Positions 50,015 to 59,015 of a stretch of DNA of 64,000 nt are shown piece by piece. The stretch is from Candidatus Saccharimonadia bacterium. Lineage in GTDB: Bacteria; Patescibacteriota; Saccharimonadia; Saccharimonadales; JALRHH01. Both the position numbers and the translations under genes were made by a program. The stretch is from assembly GCA_023253175.1 (NCBI GenBank), contig JALRHH010000001.1, positions 24,130 through 88,129 of the forward strand. Direction: 5' to 3'. The notes beneath the pieces were generated by a model. The model searched no databases. It was not told the DNA's origin and was given only the letters and a program-made list of their open reading frames with translations. Position 1 is the first letter of the stretch, and each line of letters opens with the position of its first letter.

Positions 50015-50875
50015 TTATGGCGTCCACGCATTCAATCCTAGCGTTGTACAGAGGGCGGGCAGCATAAGAAGCGATATGAAAAATACCTTTCGTGACCAAG
50101 CAGTATTCTCCTCTGTCCATAAGCCGCTCACCGTAACAATGAGCCACCAAAGTGAAAGTGGCATCATGCAGGCCAGGTAAAACATCCCTGCGTACCCAAA
50201 GCGAGCAAGTGCCACGATCGCGAGCACGTAGCAGCCAACAAATATACTCATGAGTATTTTCGTGGTAAATATGGTACTTACAACCGTTATTACGGGTACT
50301 TTCGCTGCTTTATATTCTTTCTGTCTAAAAATTGCGATAGCGTAAAAATGTACCATCTGCCAGAAGACCATGATCGTAGCTAGCGCCCAAAATGATACGT
50401 CAACCCTGTTGGTCGCCGCGGCGTATCCAGCAAGTAGTGGCGTAGCACCGGGGATGGTACCAAGCAAGGTCGCATAGACCGTTCTAGATTTGGCATAGGT
50501 ATATATCCCTGCGTACGTGGTGACGCCTATGACGCCTAATGCCACTGTTAAGACATTGGTCATAGCCGTAAGTATAGATATCCCTGCTATAAAGAGTACG
50601 AGTGCATAGATAAGGGCGTTTTGAGGCGTGACTGATCCTGTGACGAGTGCGCGTTTTTTGGTGCGCTTCATATGTTTGTCCATGTTGCGGTCAAGAACAT
50701 TATTAATAACGGTACCGCTTGCCATAACGAGCCAGCTGCCAAGAACGACACCAATGAGCTGATCAAATTCAGGCTGCAAAATAGCACCATACAGGTAGCC
50801 TGCAATGACGGTGAGTAGATTGCCATAAATCAATCCCGGTTTTGTGAGGTAATAATACGTTTTAATCAGATTCAT
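50015..50875 (-). CDS. cyoE: Protoheme IX farnesyltransferase (heme O synthase)
   Basis: LTKPG, NNVLDRNMDKHMKRTKKRAL, YT..K, GTIPGA.P.LAG, WQMVHFYAI. Confidence 0.95.
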   Translation of the reverse strand: MNLIKTYYYLTKPGLIYGNLLTVIAGYLYGAILQPEFDQLIGVVLGSWLVMASGTVINNVLDRNMDKHMKRTKKRALVTGSVTPQNALIYALVLFIAGISILTAMTNVLTVALGVIGVTTYAGIYTYAKSRTVYATLLGTIPGATPLLAGYAAATNRVDVSFWALATIMVFWQMVHFYAIAIFRQKEYKAAKVPVITVVSTIFTTKILMSIFVGCYVLAIVALARFGYAGMFYLACMMPLSLWWLIVTVSGLWTEENTAWSRKVFFISLLMLPALCTTLGLNAWTP

Positions 50876-50974
50876 TTCTGACCAAGTATAGCATTATTAT
50901 CGGTAGACTTAGGGCTGTTCTGTGCTATAGTTATTGCCAAGATTACGCTTATGTTCTAATGGAGTTAGGGGTAC

Positions 50975-51904
50975 ATGCCGAAACCAAATAAAAAGAGAAA
51001 TAGACAGGGACGACTAGTCTGGCTGATGCCACTCTTGTTTCTCGGTTTTGGGCTCGTTATTGCGTACTTCATACACGATAAGAATATTGCCGTATTCCAT
51101 CCAAAAGGATTGATTGCGCAGGAGCAGCTTCATTTGACATTATTCGCAGGAGCACTATTATTGGCTGCTGCTGTCCCGACCATGTTTTTGCTGTATTTCA
51201 CGGCCTGGAAATACAGAGAATCAAATACTAAGGCGGTGCATGATCCGTACGTCAGGCTCAGCAAGTCTTTTGTATGGACGATGTGGGTGGTGCCGTTTAT
51301 ATTTGCGCTCATATTGGCCGGGGTTATGTGGCCTGCAACGCATAGACTGGAACCCAAAAAGAAGATTGCTGCTGACGCAAAACCAATGACCATACAGGTT
51401 ATTGCGATGCGCTGGAAGTGGATATTCTTGTACCCCGAACAAAATATTGCGACGGTTAATTTCGTGCAACTGCCAGTAGACACTCCCGTAACGTTTGAGC
51501 TAACGGGAGACGAGGTGCCAATGAGTTCATTCTGGATCCCGAATCTGGGCGGACAGCTTTATGCGATGACAAGCCATGTTAATACCTTGAATCTTATGGC
51601 AGAAGTACCAGGGGATTATCCTGGAGCGACGGCCGAGATTAACGGTCCTGGGTTTGCCGGTATGAGATTTACCGCCCGGGCTAGTTCGGCGGCTGATTTC
51701 GATCGGTGGGTTAGCGAAACAAAGCAAGCGAATCACAAACTCGATGCGGAAAGCTATGCCAATCTACTCAAACCAAGTGAAAGTAATCCAGCTGCGTACT
51801 ATTCCGCTTATGATACCGATTTGTATGGTAAGGTAATTATGAAGTATATGGGCTCACATGCAGCACATGATAATCAAATAGAAACTAATCACGAGCAACA
51901 TTAA
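50975..51904 (+). CDS. cyoA: Cytochrome bo3 ubiquinol oxidase subunit II
   Basis: PKGLIA, WKYR, WKWIFLYPEQ, SFWIPNLGGQLYAM; no CuA ligands. Confidence 0.95.
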   Translation: MPKPNKKRNRQGRLVWLMPLLFLGFGLVIAYFIHDKNIAVFHPKGLIAQEQLHLTLFAGALLLAAAVPTMFLLYFTAWKYRESNTKAVHDPYVRLSKSFVWTMWVVPFIFALILAGVMWPATHRLEPKKKIAADAKPMTIQVIAMRWKWIFLYPEQNIATVNFVQLPVDTPVTFELTGDEVPMSSFWIPNLGGQLYAMTSHVNTLNLMAEVPGDYPGATAEINGPGFAGMRFTARASSAADFDRWVSETKQANHKLDAESYANLLKPSESNPAAYYSAYDTDLYGKVIMKYMGSHAAHDNQIETNHEQH

Positions 51905-54000
51905 TGAGAGAATTTCTACTCGGAAAACTAGATGGCCATGCACTACCACACGAGTGGTTTACGATCGCTGGATCAATAGCTTTCATTGCTATGATGCTTG
52001 CCACTATCTTGGTGATTACGCGCCTTAAGAAATGGAAGTGGCTTTGGAGTGAATGGCTGACCTCCGTCGATCCAAAAAAGATCGGTATTATGTACTTTAT
52101 TGCCGGTGGTTTCATGCTGGCACGTGGTGGTCTGGATGCAGTTATGATTTGGCTTCAGCAGGCGTTTTCTTCTGGTGATTCTCATGGTTATCTTTCTGCC
52201 GATCATTTCCAGCAGGTATTCACGGCGCACGGTAATATCATGGTCTTCTTTGTGGCTATGGCGTTTATTTTTGGGCTTATTAACTATATCGTACCTCTGC
52301 AGATTGGCGCGCGTGACCTGGCATCGCCGTTTCTCAATACCCTAGGATTCTGGCTATATATTGCCGGTGTGGTAATGGTGAATATGTTCTTCTTGCTGGG
52401 CGGGGAATACGCGGCGACCGGCTGGCTTGCGGTTGCACCACTTTCTGGACCAGAGTTCAGCACGGGGGTAGGGGTCGACTACTGGATCTGGAGTTTGCAA
52501 ATATCTGGAATAGGTACGACCCTTGGGGCGATTAATTTTATCATGACCATTCTTCGTATGCGTGCCCCTGGTATGTCGCTCTGGAAGATGCCACCTTTCA
52601 CATGGGGATCTCTGTGTAGCATGGTAATGGCTGTAACAGTATTCCCGCTCCTGACAGCAACATTGTTCCTCATGTTCTTCGACAGGTATTTTGGAACACA
52701 CTTCTTTACGACAACAGGCGGCGGTGATCCGATGATGTATACCAACCTAATATGGATGTGGGGACACCCAGAGGTGTATATCCTGATGCTACCGGCTTTT
52801 GGTGTGTTTACGGAAGTTGTCTCAACCTTTAGCCGAAAGGCGGTTGCATTCTATAAGACCAATGTCATTGGTATGATTGGTGTGTCGTCGTTTGCGCTTT
52901 CCGTGTGGCTGCACCACTTCTTTACAATGGGAGCAAGTGCGAACGTGAATGCATTCTTTGGGGTAATGACAATATTCATTGCTATACCGACTGCTGTGGT
53001 GTTCTTTACCTGGATCGCGACTATGTATAAAGGCCGTATAAAGTTTGATACACCTATGCTCTGGTTCCTTGGCTTTGTTGCTATCTTTACGATTGGTGGT
53101 CTATCGGGTGTAATCTTAGGTATTCCACCGGCTGACTTCCAGCTGCACAACAGTCTATTCTTAGTCGCGCATTTTCATTCTAACGTCATCGGCGGTGTGC
53201 TATTCGGTATCTTCTGTGGTATAACATATTGGTTTCCGAAGTTTACTGGTATCAAACTTAATGAACGGATTGGTCGTCAAGCATTCTGGTGCTGGGTGAT
53301 TGGCTTCTGTATGTCATTTATCCCTATGTATATTTTAGGACTGATGGGCGCACCTCGTAGGCTGGATCATTACGATGCTTCAACCGGATGGCAGCCATTG
53401 TTTGTAATGATGCTTATCGGTGGAATCATTATCGCTATTGGATTGGCGCTTCAAATCGCACAGATTATCGCCAGCTTTATTCAAAAGAATCGCTTGCGAG
53501 ACGCGACTGGCGATCCATGGGATGGCCGGACACTGGAATGGTCTGTTGCGTCGCCGCCGCCATTCTATAACTTTACGGTTATACCAAAGGTTAATAGCCG
53601 CGATGCGTTCTGGGATATGAAACAGGCGGGTGATCATAAGCCCGAATATGAAGACATACATATTCCAAAGAACACCGCAGCTGGTATCTATATTTCTATC
53701 TTTGCATTCTTTATTGGCTTCGGCTTCGTATGGCACATTAACTGGCTGGCTGTTGTTTCATTTATCGGTATACTCATCGTCTTTATTGTCCGTGCATTTG
53801 ATGAGCATCCCGAATATACATTGACCGCATCAGAAGTTAAGGAGCTTGAGGCGGCTCGAACTAAGCAGGCGAAAGCAGAGCGACGTCATAACCCCACTAA
53901 TGATCGGGACGAAGATATGGGACTGTGGGAACTGATTAAAGTTATAGTTACGTTTGGCTTTGGCTTGGCCCGAAAAACGCTAACGAGGGGTAAGGCATGA
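51904..54000 (+). CDS. cyoB: Cytochrome bo3 ubiquinol oxidase subunit I
   Basis: TAHG, WGHPEVY, WLHHFF, AHFH, RR; quinol-site R/D/H/Q present. Confidence 0.98.
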   Translation: MREFLLGKLDGHALPHEWFTIAGSIAFIAMMLATILVITRLKKWKWLWSEWLTSVDPKKIGIMYFIAGGFMLARGGLDAVMIWLQQAFSSGDSHGYLSADHFQQVFTAHGNIMVFFVAMAFIFGLINYIVPLQIGARDLASPFLNTLGFWLYIAGVVMVNMFFLLGGEYAATGWLAVAPLSGPEFSTGVGVDYWIWSLQISGIGTTLGAINFIMTILRMRAPGMSLWKMPPFTWGSLCSMVMAVTVFPLLTATLFLMFFDRYFGTHFFTTTGGGDPMMYTNLIWMWGHPEVYILMLPAFGVFTEVVSTFSRKAVAFYKTNVIGMIGVSSFALSVWLHHFFTMGASANVNAFFGVMTIFIAIPTAVVFFTWIATMYKGRIKFDTPMLWFLGFVAIFTIGGLSGVILGIPPADFQLHNSLFLVAHFHSNVIGGVLFGIFCGITYWFPKFTGIKLNERIGRQAFWCWVIGFCMSFIPMYILGLMGAPRRLDHYDASTGWQPLFVMMLIGGIIIAIGLALQIAQIIASFIQKNRLRDATGDPWDGRTLEWSVASPPPFYNFTVIPKVNSRDAFWDMKQAGDHKPEYEDIHIPKNTAAGIYISIFAFFIGFGFVWHINWLAVVSFIGILIVFIVRAFDEHPEYTLTASEVKELEAARTKQAKAERRHNPTNDRDEDMGLWELIKVIVTFGFGLARKTLTRGKA

Positions 54001-54581
54001 GTCGCCATATAGATCACGAGGCGGAAGCAACAGACAGAGTCATGTTTGGCTTCTGGGTGTATTTGATGACAGACCTTTTGATGTTTGCGATCTTGTTCGC
54101 CGTCTATGCAGTGCTACACGGTAATACATTGGGGGGCGAGACTGGTCGAGATCTCTTTAGCCTGCCGCTTGCACTACAGGAGACGCTTCTTTTGCTAACG
54201 AGTAGCTTTACGTGTGGTATAGCCATGATTGCTGCTAGGCAGCGCAAGAAAGCTCAGACACTGCTCTGGTTTGGTATTACGTTTGCACTTGGGCTGGCAT
54301 TCCTTGGGTTAGAACTGTACGAATTCGCTGAGTTTATTCACGAAGGTCACACGATGCAGACGAATGCTTTCTTGTCCTCTTTCTTTGTGCTGGTAGGGAC
54401 CCATGGACTACATATTACCTCTGGTTTACTGTGGATGGGCGTCACCCTTATATATGTAATGAAGCGGGGCCTTAATGATCATCTGGTTCGTAAGCTCGCG
54501 ATGTTGAGCCTATTCTGGCACTTCCTTGATATTGTCTGGATCTTTATCTTCACAACCGTATACCTGAGGGCATTCGTATGA
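53997..54581 (+). CDS. cyoC: Cytochrome bo3 ubiquinol oxidase subunit III
   Basis: FGFWVYLMTD, ETLLLLTSSFTCG, GTHGLH, FWHFLDIVW. Confidence 0.96.
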   Translation: MSRHIDHEAEATDRVMFGFWVYLMTDLLMFAILFAVYAVLHGNTLGGETGRDLFSLPLALQETLLLLTSSFTCGIAMIAARQRKKAQTLLWFGITFALGLAFLGLELYEFAEFIHEGHTMQTNAFLSSFFVLVGTHGLHITSGLLWMGVTLIYVMKRGLNDHLVRKLAMLSLFWHFLDIVWIFIFTTVYLRAFV

Positions 54582-55270
54582 GCAGGTCATCAGTACATTC
54601 TCCGCATGGGCCAGAAAATGAGCACAAGACTATGCAGTCCTATGTCGTTGGATTTATCTTATCCCTGATTTTTACGTTTATCCCATACTACATGGTGGTT
54701 AATGAGGTTGTTTCGGGTACGGCACTGCTGGCAACAATACTGGGTTTTGCGGTGGTGCAAATGATCATCCAGGTTGTGTTCTTCCTGCACCTGGGGCGTG
54801 GACCGAAGCCGTTCTATAACATCGTATTCCTTGTGTTCACGGTCGTGGCAATCCTGGTGGTTGTTGGCGGTTCGGTGGTCATTATGCACAACCTGCACTA
54901 CAACAAGACAATTCCTGATCAGACTAAGTCACTTATAAATGATGAAGGCATCTACCAAATAGAGGGTACACTCACTGGCGCGTGTCGTGGTCAGCATGAC
55001 AATCATCAGGTAACCATTAAGGACGGCAAGGTGAGCCCGCTGTATACAGCTGCTAAACAGTGCGACACATTAACCTTTATTAACGAAGACGATGGCACGA
55101 GGAAGATTTCCTTTGGTCAACACGAAAATCATGGTTCGTACGCCGGTAATACTGAAATTGAGGTTAAAAAGGGCCGCAATAAGACAATAACGCTTTCCGA
55201 GACGGGGGCCTATCAGTTCCATGATCACTTGCATCATGAAACTGCTGGCGTATTCACGGTTACCAAGTAA
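54578..55270 (+). CDS. cyoD: Subunit IV fused to a C-terminal cupredoxin-like domain
   Basis: YVVGFILSLIFT, QVVFFLHL, GGSVVIMHNL, then VTIKDGKVSP..LTFIN..GAYQFHDHLH..GVFTV. Confidence 0.9.
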   Translation: MSRSSVHSPHGPENEHKTMQSYVVGFILSLIFTFIPYYMVVNEVVSGTALLATILGFAVVQMIIQVVFFLHLGRGPKPFYNIVFLVFTVVAILVVVGGSVVIMHNLHYNKTIPDQTKSLINDEGIYQIEGTLTGACRGQHDNHQVTIKDGKVSPLYTAAKQCDTLTFINEDDGTRKISFGQHENHGSYAGNTEIEVKKGRNKTITLSETGAYQFHDHLHHETAGVFTVTK

Positions 55271-55340
55271 GTATAGTTGGTGAGTTTCCAAGCTTGTCTG
55301 ATTCAGATACAATTGGTGTAAACGTAAGAGAGGATACTGT

Positions 55341-56306
55341 ATGTCGGAACCAGATGCCAATGACGCAATCGTCGTAAAAGGCCTCCGCAAATCATATAAA
55401 AAGCTGGAAGTACTAAAAGACGTAAGTTTTTCGGTAAAACGTGGCACGATGCTAGCGCTGCTTGGGCCAAACGGCGCAGGTAAGTCTACTACCGTGAAGA
55501 TACTTAGTACGCTATTGCCATTTAACGATGGTAGCGTATCGGTTGAGGGATATGACGTTGCGACCGAAGCAGATAAAGTACGGAGCGTTATCGGGCTTAC
55601 GGGCCAGTCTGCTGCAGTTGATGAGCTCCTGACGGGCCGCGAGAATCTTGTTATGATGGGCCGTCTTTACAGGCTCACTAAGGAAAGCGCAAAAGCACGC
55701 GCAGATGAACTGCTCGAAGAGTTTGATCTCGTAAAGGCAGCCGATCGTCCAGCCAAGACATATTCCGGTGGCATGCGTCGCCGCTTGGACTTGGCTGTCA
55801 GTCTCATTGCGGCTCCTCCAATTATTTTTCTGGATGAACCGACTACGGGGCTTGATCCACGTTCACGTATCGCAATGTGGGAGAGTATTCGTCGTCTGAT
55901 GGAGCGCGGCACGACTATCCTACTGACAACGCAGTATCTCGAAGAAGCTGATCAGCTCGCTGATCGAATCATCGTTATCGATAATGGCGGCGTTATTGCA
56001 GAGGGTACTGCCAAAGAGCTCAAGTCAAAGGTAGGCAAGGATCGCCTTGAGCTAACCTTCAAAAATGACAAGACGTTGGCACTCGCGAAAGCTGAGCTTG
56101 GCAAAGCGGCAGCTGAAGTTGATAATGATCACACACTTTCGGTCGTAATTGATGATACGAACAAAGACGTTAAAGATATTTTAGAGAAACTTTCTAAGAA
56201 AAAAATTGCCATCGAGTCACTGGCCGTACATAAGCCAACACTTGATGACGTATTCTTGTCCTTAACTGGCAAGAAAAAGCAGGCAGAGAAGGCAGAGGAG
56301 AAATAA
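55341..56306 (+). CDS. DrrA-like ABC-2 ATP-binding protein
   Basis: [40 protein letters not shown]. Confidence 0.93.
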   Translation: MSEPDANDAIVVKGLRKSYKKLEVLKDVSFSVKRGTMLALLGPNGAGKSTTVKILSTLLPFNDGSVSVEGYDVATEADKVRSVIGLTGQSAAVDELLTGRENLVMMGRLYRLTKESAKARADELLEEFDLVKAADRPAKTYSGGMRRRLDLAVSLIAAPPIIFLDEPTTGLDPRSRIAMWESIRRLMERGTTILLTTQYLEEADQLADRIIVIDNGGVIAEGTAKELKSKVGKDRLELTFKNDKTLALAKAELGKAAAEVDNDHTLSVVIDDTNKDVKDILEKLSKKKIAIESLAVHKPTLDDVFLSLTGKKKQAEKAEEK

Positions 56307-56307
56307 T

Positions 56308-57117
56308 ATGGCAGTTGAATTACAATTTGATAAGAAGCCAAAAATCCTACAATCACTAACTGATTCGCTGTTGATGATCCAGCGGAGTAGTCGACACATT
56401 CTGCGTAATACGGATCAGCTGCTCGGTACATTCTTCCAGCCGATTATGTTCTTAGTACTGTTTTCGGCGGTGTTTGGTGGTGCTATATCATTGGCGTTGC
56501 CTGATGGAATTGGATACCTCGATTTCTTGATGGCCGGCATTATCGTACAGACACTCGCTTTCGGATCAACGACAACCGCAATTGCGGTATCTAATGATCT
56601 GCAGAAGGGGATTGTTGACCGATTCCGTTCATTGCCAATGAGTAATCTAGCGGTTCTCAATGGCCATGTTATATCCGACATCTTCAGAAATGGTATCTCA
56701 ACGGCTGTGATGATCATTACGGGCCTTATTATGGGATTCAGGAGTCATGCGGGCGTAATCGAGTGGCTTTATATCGTTGGCTTACTGCTACTCTTTACAC
56801 TTATGTTCTCATGGCTTGCGGCTATTATGGGCGTGCTCTCAAAGAGTGTCGAGGCGGTGCAGTGGCTGAGCTTTATCATTGTCTTCCCGTTAACTTTTGC
56901 GAGTAGCGCCTTTGTGCCAACCGAGGGTATGAATAAGTTCCTGAAGGCTTTTGCAGAAAACCAGCCCGTAACACATGTTATTGAGGCAATCAGGGCGTTG
57001 ATGCTCGGTACACCTATCGGTAACCATGGTTGGATGGCTGCGGCATGGTGCATTGGTATCCTGATCTTTGCAGTCCCAGTTGCGACGATTCTATTCAAGA
57101 GACGAACCGTCAGCTAG
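56308..57117 (+). CDS. DrrB-like ABC-2 permease
   Basis: QPIMFLVLF, DRFRSLPM, FASSAFVP, NQP. Confidence 0.92.
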   Translation: MAVELQFDKKPKILQSLTDSLLMIQRSSRHILRNTDQLLGTFFQPIMFLVLFSAVFGGAISLALPDGIGYLDFLMAGIIVQTLAFGSTTTAIAVSNDLQKGIVDRFRSLPMSNLAVLNGHVISDIFRNGISTAVMIITGLIMGFRSHAGVIEWLYIVGLLLLFTLMFSWLAAIMGVLSKSVEAVQWLSFIIVFPLTFASSAFVPTEGMNKFLKAFAENQPVTHVIEAIRALMLGTPIGNHGWMAAAWCIGILIFAVPVATILFKRRTVS

Positions 57118-57168
57118 CTACATGTTGCTTAAAGCAACCTGAAAAATACCTCACAATGAAACACCTAG

Positions 57169-57201
57169 CTTAAGACTACTTTAAGCTAGGTGTTTCAGAA
57201 T
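57169..57201 (+). promoter_or_regulatory. OmpR/PhoB-type direct-repeat box with -10 element
   Basis: CTTAAG-N5-TTTAAG-N10-CAGAAT. Confidence 0.55.
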
Positions 57202-57210
57202 GGGCGGCAT

Positions 57211-58071
57211 ATGAAACGATTCATTACCGCCTTAGTTTTACTTGCGAGTATATCCGGAGTTTGCATTCTCAATGGAACGGTACTTAATCCAGAGCAGGCT
57301 CGAAATGCGCAGGTTGCAGAAGCTTCTGATAGCAAGATAATTTCAACAAAAATTGAAAATACACCCCGGTCTACAACGCTCGAAGATTCACTCACTGATA
57401 TCTTGTCGGCCTATAGTGACCTTACTATTGGTATTACGGTTGTCAATATAGACAATGATTATATCTACAATGCTGGCTATAGTGATACTGCTTTTAAGGC
57501 GGCGAGTACGACTAAGGTTCTAACGGCTACGTACCTTATGCATCAAATTGAGGTAGGTGAGCTTAGCTTGCAGACTTCAATTGGCGGTGCCACCGCAGAG
57601 ACACACCTACAGCGGATGCTACAGAACAGTGACAATACCTCTTGGGCTACCTTAATTAACTACCTTGGTGATGACGATATCGAATCGTATGCTCATGAAA
57701 TCGGTATGACAAGTTATGCTGCGGGTGACTACAATACGATTACGACCAGTGATTTTGCGGTGCTGCTCACGAAATTACAAAAGTCGCAGCTAATTAGTGC
57801 TGCCCACCGTGATGTTATCTATGGCTACATGCAAAACACGAACAACGAGACGCTTATCCCGGCCGCACTTTCTACCGCTACTGTATATCACAAGTGGGGT
57901 ATGTTATGGGGTAACCTCCATGATGTGGCGATAATAGAACAAGAGGGTCATACCTATGCAGTGGTGATCTACACGAATTATGAAGGTGATACTGCCGATA
58001 TGAATGCAGCACAAACTACCGCTATACATGAGATTATAGAAACCTTCCAAAACGAAATAGACACCAATTAA
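57211..58071 (+). CDS. Class A beta-lactamase-fold serine hydrolase
   Basis: AASTTK (SxxK), SDN, HKWG, LHDVAII; N-terminal anchor. Confidence 0.88.
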   Translation: MKRFITALVLLASISGVCILNGTVLNPEQARNAQVAEASDSKIISTKIENTPRSTTLEDSLTDILSAYSDLTIGITVVNIDNDYIYNAGYSDTAFKAASTTKVLTATYLMHQIEVGELSLQTSIGGATAETHLQRMLQNSDNTSWATLINYLGDDDIESYAHEIGMTSYAAGDYNTITTSDFAVLLTKLQKSQLISAAHRDVIYGYMQNTNNETLIPAALSTATVYHKWGMLWGNLHDVAIIEQEGHTYAVVIYTNYEGDTADMNAAQTTAIHEIIETFQNEIDTN

Positions 58072-58102
58072 TGGTGTCTATTTTAGATTCCGGTAGAGGC
58101 TT

Positions 58103-58390
58103 CTACGAATCTTTTTTATTTGACTTTGTAGGCTTCACTTCTGGCGATAGAAGGTCACTCTTTAGGCTTTCGTACTCTTCTTTGTTGATTTCGCCGCGTG
58201 CATAACGCCCCTGTATGACTTCTGATAGTCCAGGCTTGTCGGCTGTATTTTCTTTATTTTTCTTAAGTAATAACAAAACACCTAATATGATTGCAATTAC
58301 GAGCAGGGTAATAATTATTCCTGCTATAAATGCACTTGTTTCATGGTGACTCTCGTATGCTCTTGTTTGATAAGTTGGTTGGCGCATCAT
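58103..58390 (-). CDS. SHOCT-domain membrane protein
   Basis: One TM then RYARGEINKEEY; AAGGAG SD. Confidence 0.85.
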   Translation of the reverse strand: MMRQPTYQTRAYESHHETSAFIAGIIITLLVIAIILGVLLLLKKNKENTADKPGLSEVIQGRYARGEINKEEYESLKSDLLSPEVKPTKSNKKDS

Positions 58391-58520
58391 GATAGTTATT
58401 CTCCTTATAATGGGAGTGTGACAGTTTTTCCTGAGAGGTGACTGTATATACGCAAGCTAAGCTTGTTCTCAGCTAGTTTACATAGGATAATGGAATAATA
58501 ACGTAAACCATAAGGGGTGT

Positions 58521-59015
58521 ATGGAACGATCTAGCGAGAATAAAATAAAGGCAGCTGCAGTGATTATTGCTGCAATCGTTCTTATAGCGGTGGCTGCAAG
58601 TATGTTTAGTAAAAAAGAAGATGCGAGTCAGGCTGATTCAGCTACGACGTCACAGCCTTCTGATGATGTAGCTACTTCTTCGGATTCAAGTAGCACTACA
58701 ACCCCTGATTCCTGGAGTGCATTCAAAAACGGTACCTACACGGTTTCGGATACATACTCGAGTCCTGGCGGCATAGAAGATATCAAGGTTACCCTAACGC
58801 TCAACAATAACACTATCACCGATGTTTCGGTTGTGCAGGAAGCTAATAATAACGAATCTGCTGAATATCAGGAGAAATTCCAGGATAGTTATAAGTCAAA
58901 AGTGGTAGGCAAGGCGCTCAGTAGCCTCCAGCTTTCCCGATCTTCTGGCGCTTCTCTGACAACTAATGCATTTAATGATGCGCTCGACCAAATCAGAAGC
59001 CAAGCCAAGGCTTAA
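58521..59015 (+). CDS. Membrane-anchored FMN-binding (flavinylated) protein
   Basis: FKNGTY..YSSPGG..SRSSGASLTT containing the [S/T]GA[S/T] flavinylation motif; Ser/Thr linker. Confidence 0.88.
   Translation: MERSSENKIKAAAVIIAAIVLIAVAASMFSKKEDASQADSATTSQPSDDVATSSDSSSTTTPDSWSAFKNGTYTVSDTYSSPGGIEDIKVTLTLNNNTITDVSVVQEANNNESAEYQEKFQDSYKSKVVGKALSSLQLSRSSGASLTTNAFNDALDQIRSQAKA

Noticed and set aside
57211-58071. True class A beta-lactamase resistance gene
   Set aside because: KWG instead of KTG and no evident Glu166 omega-loop motif; more likely a PBP-like hydrolase
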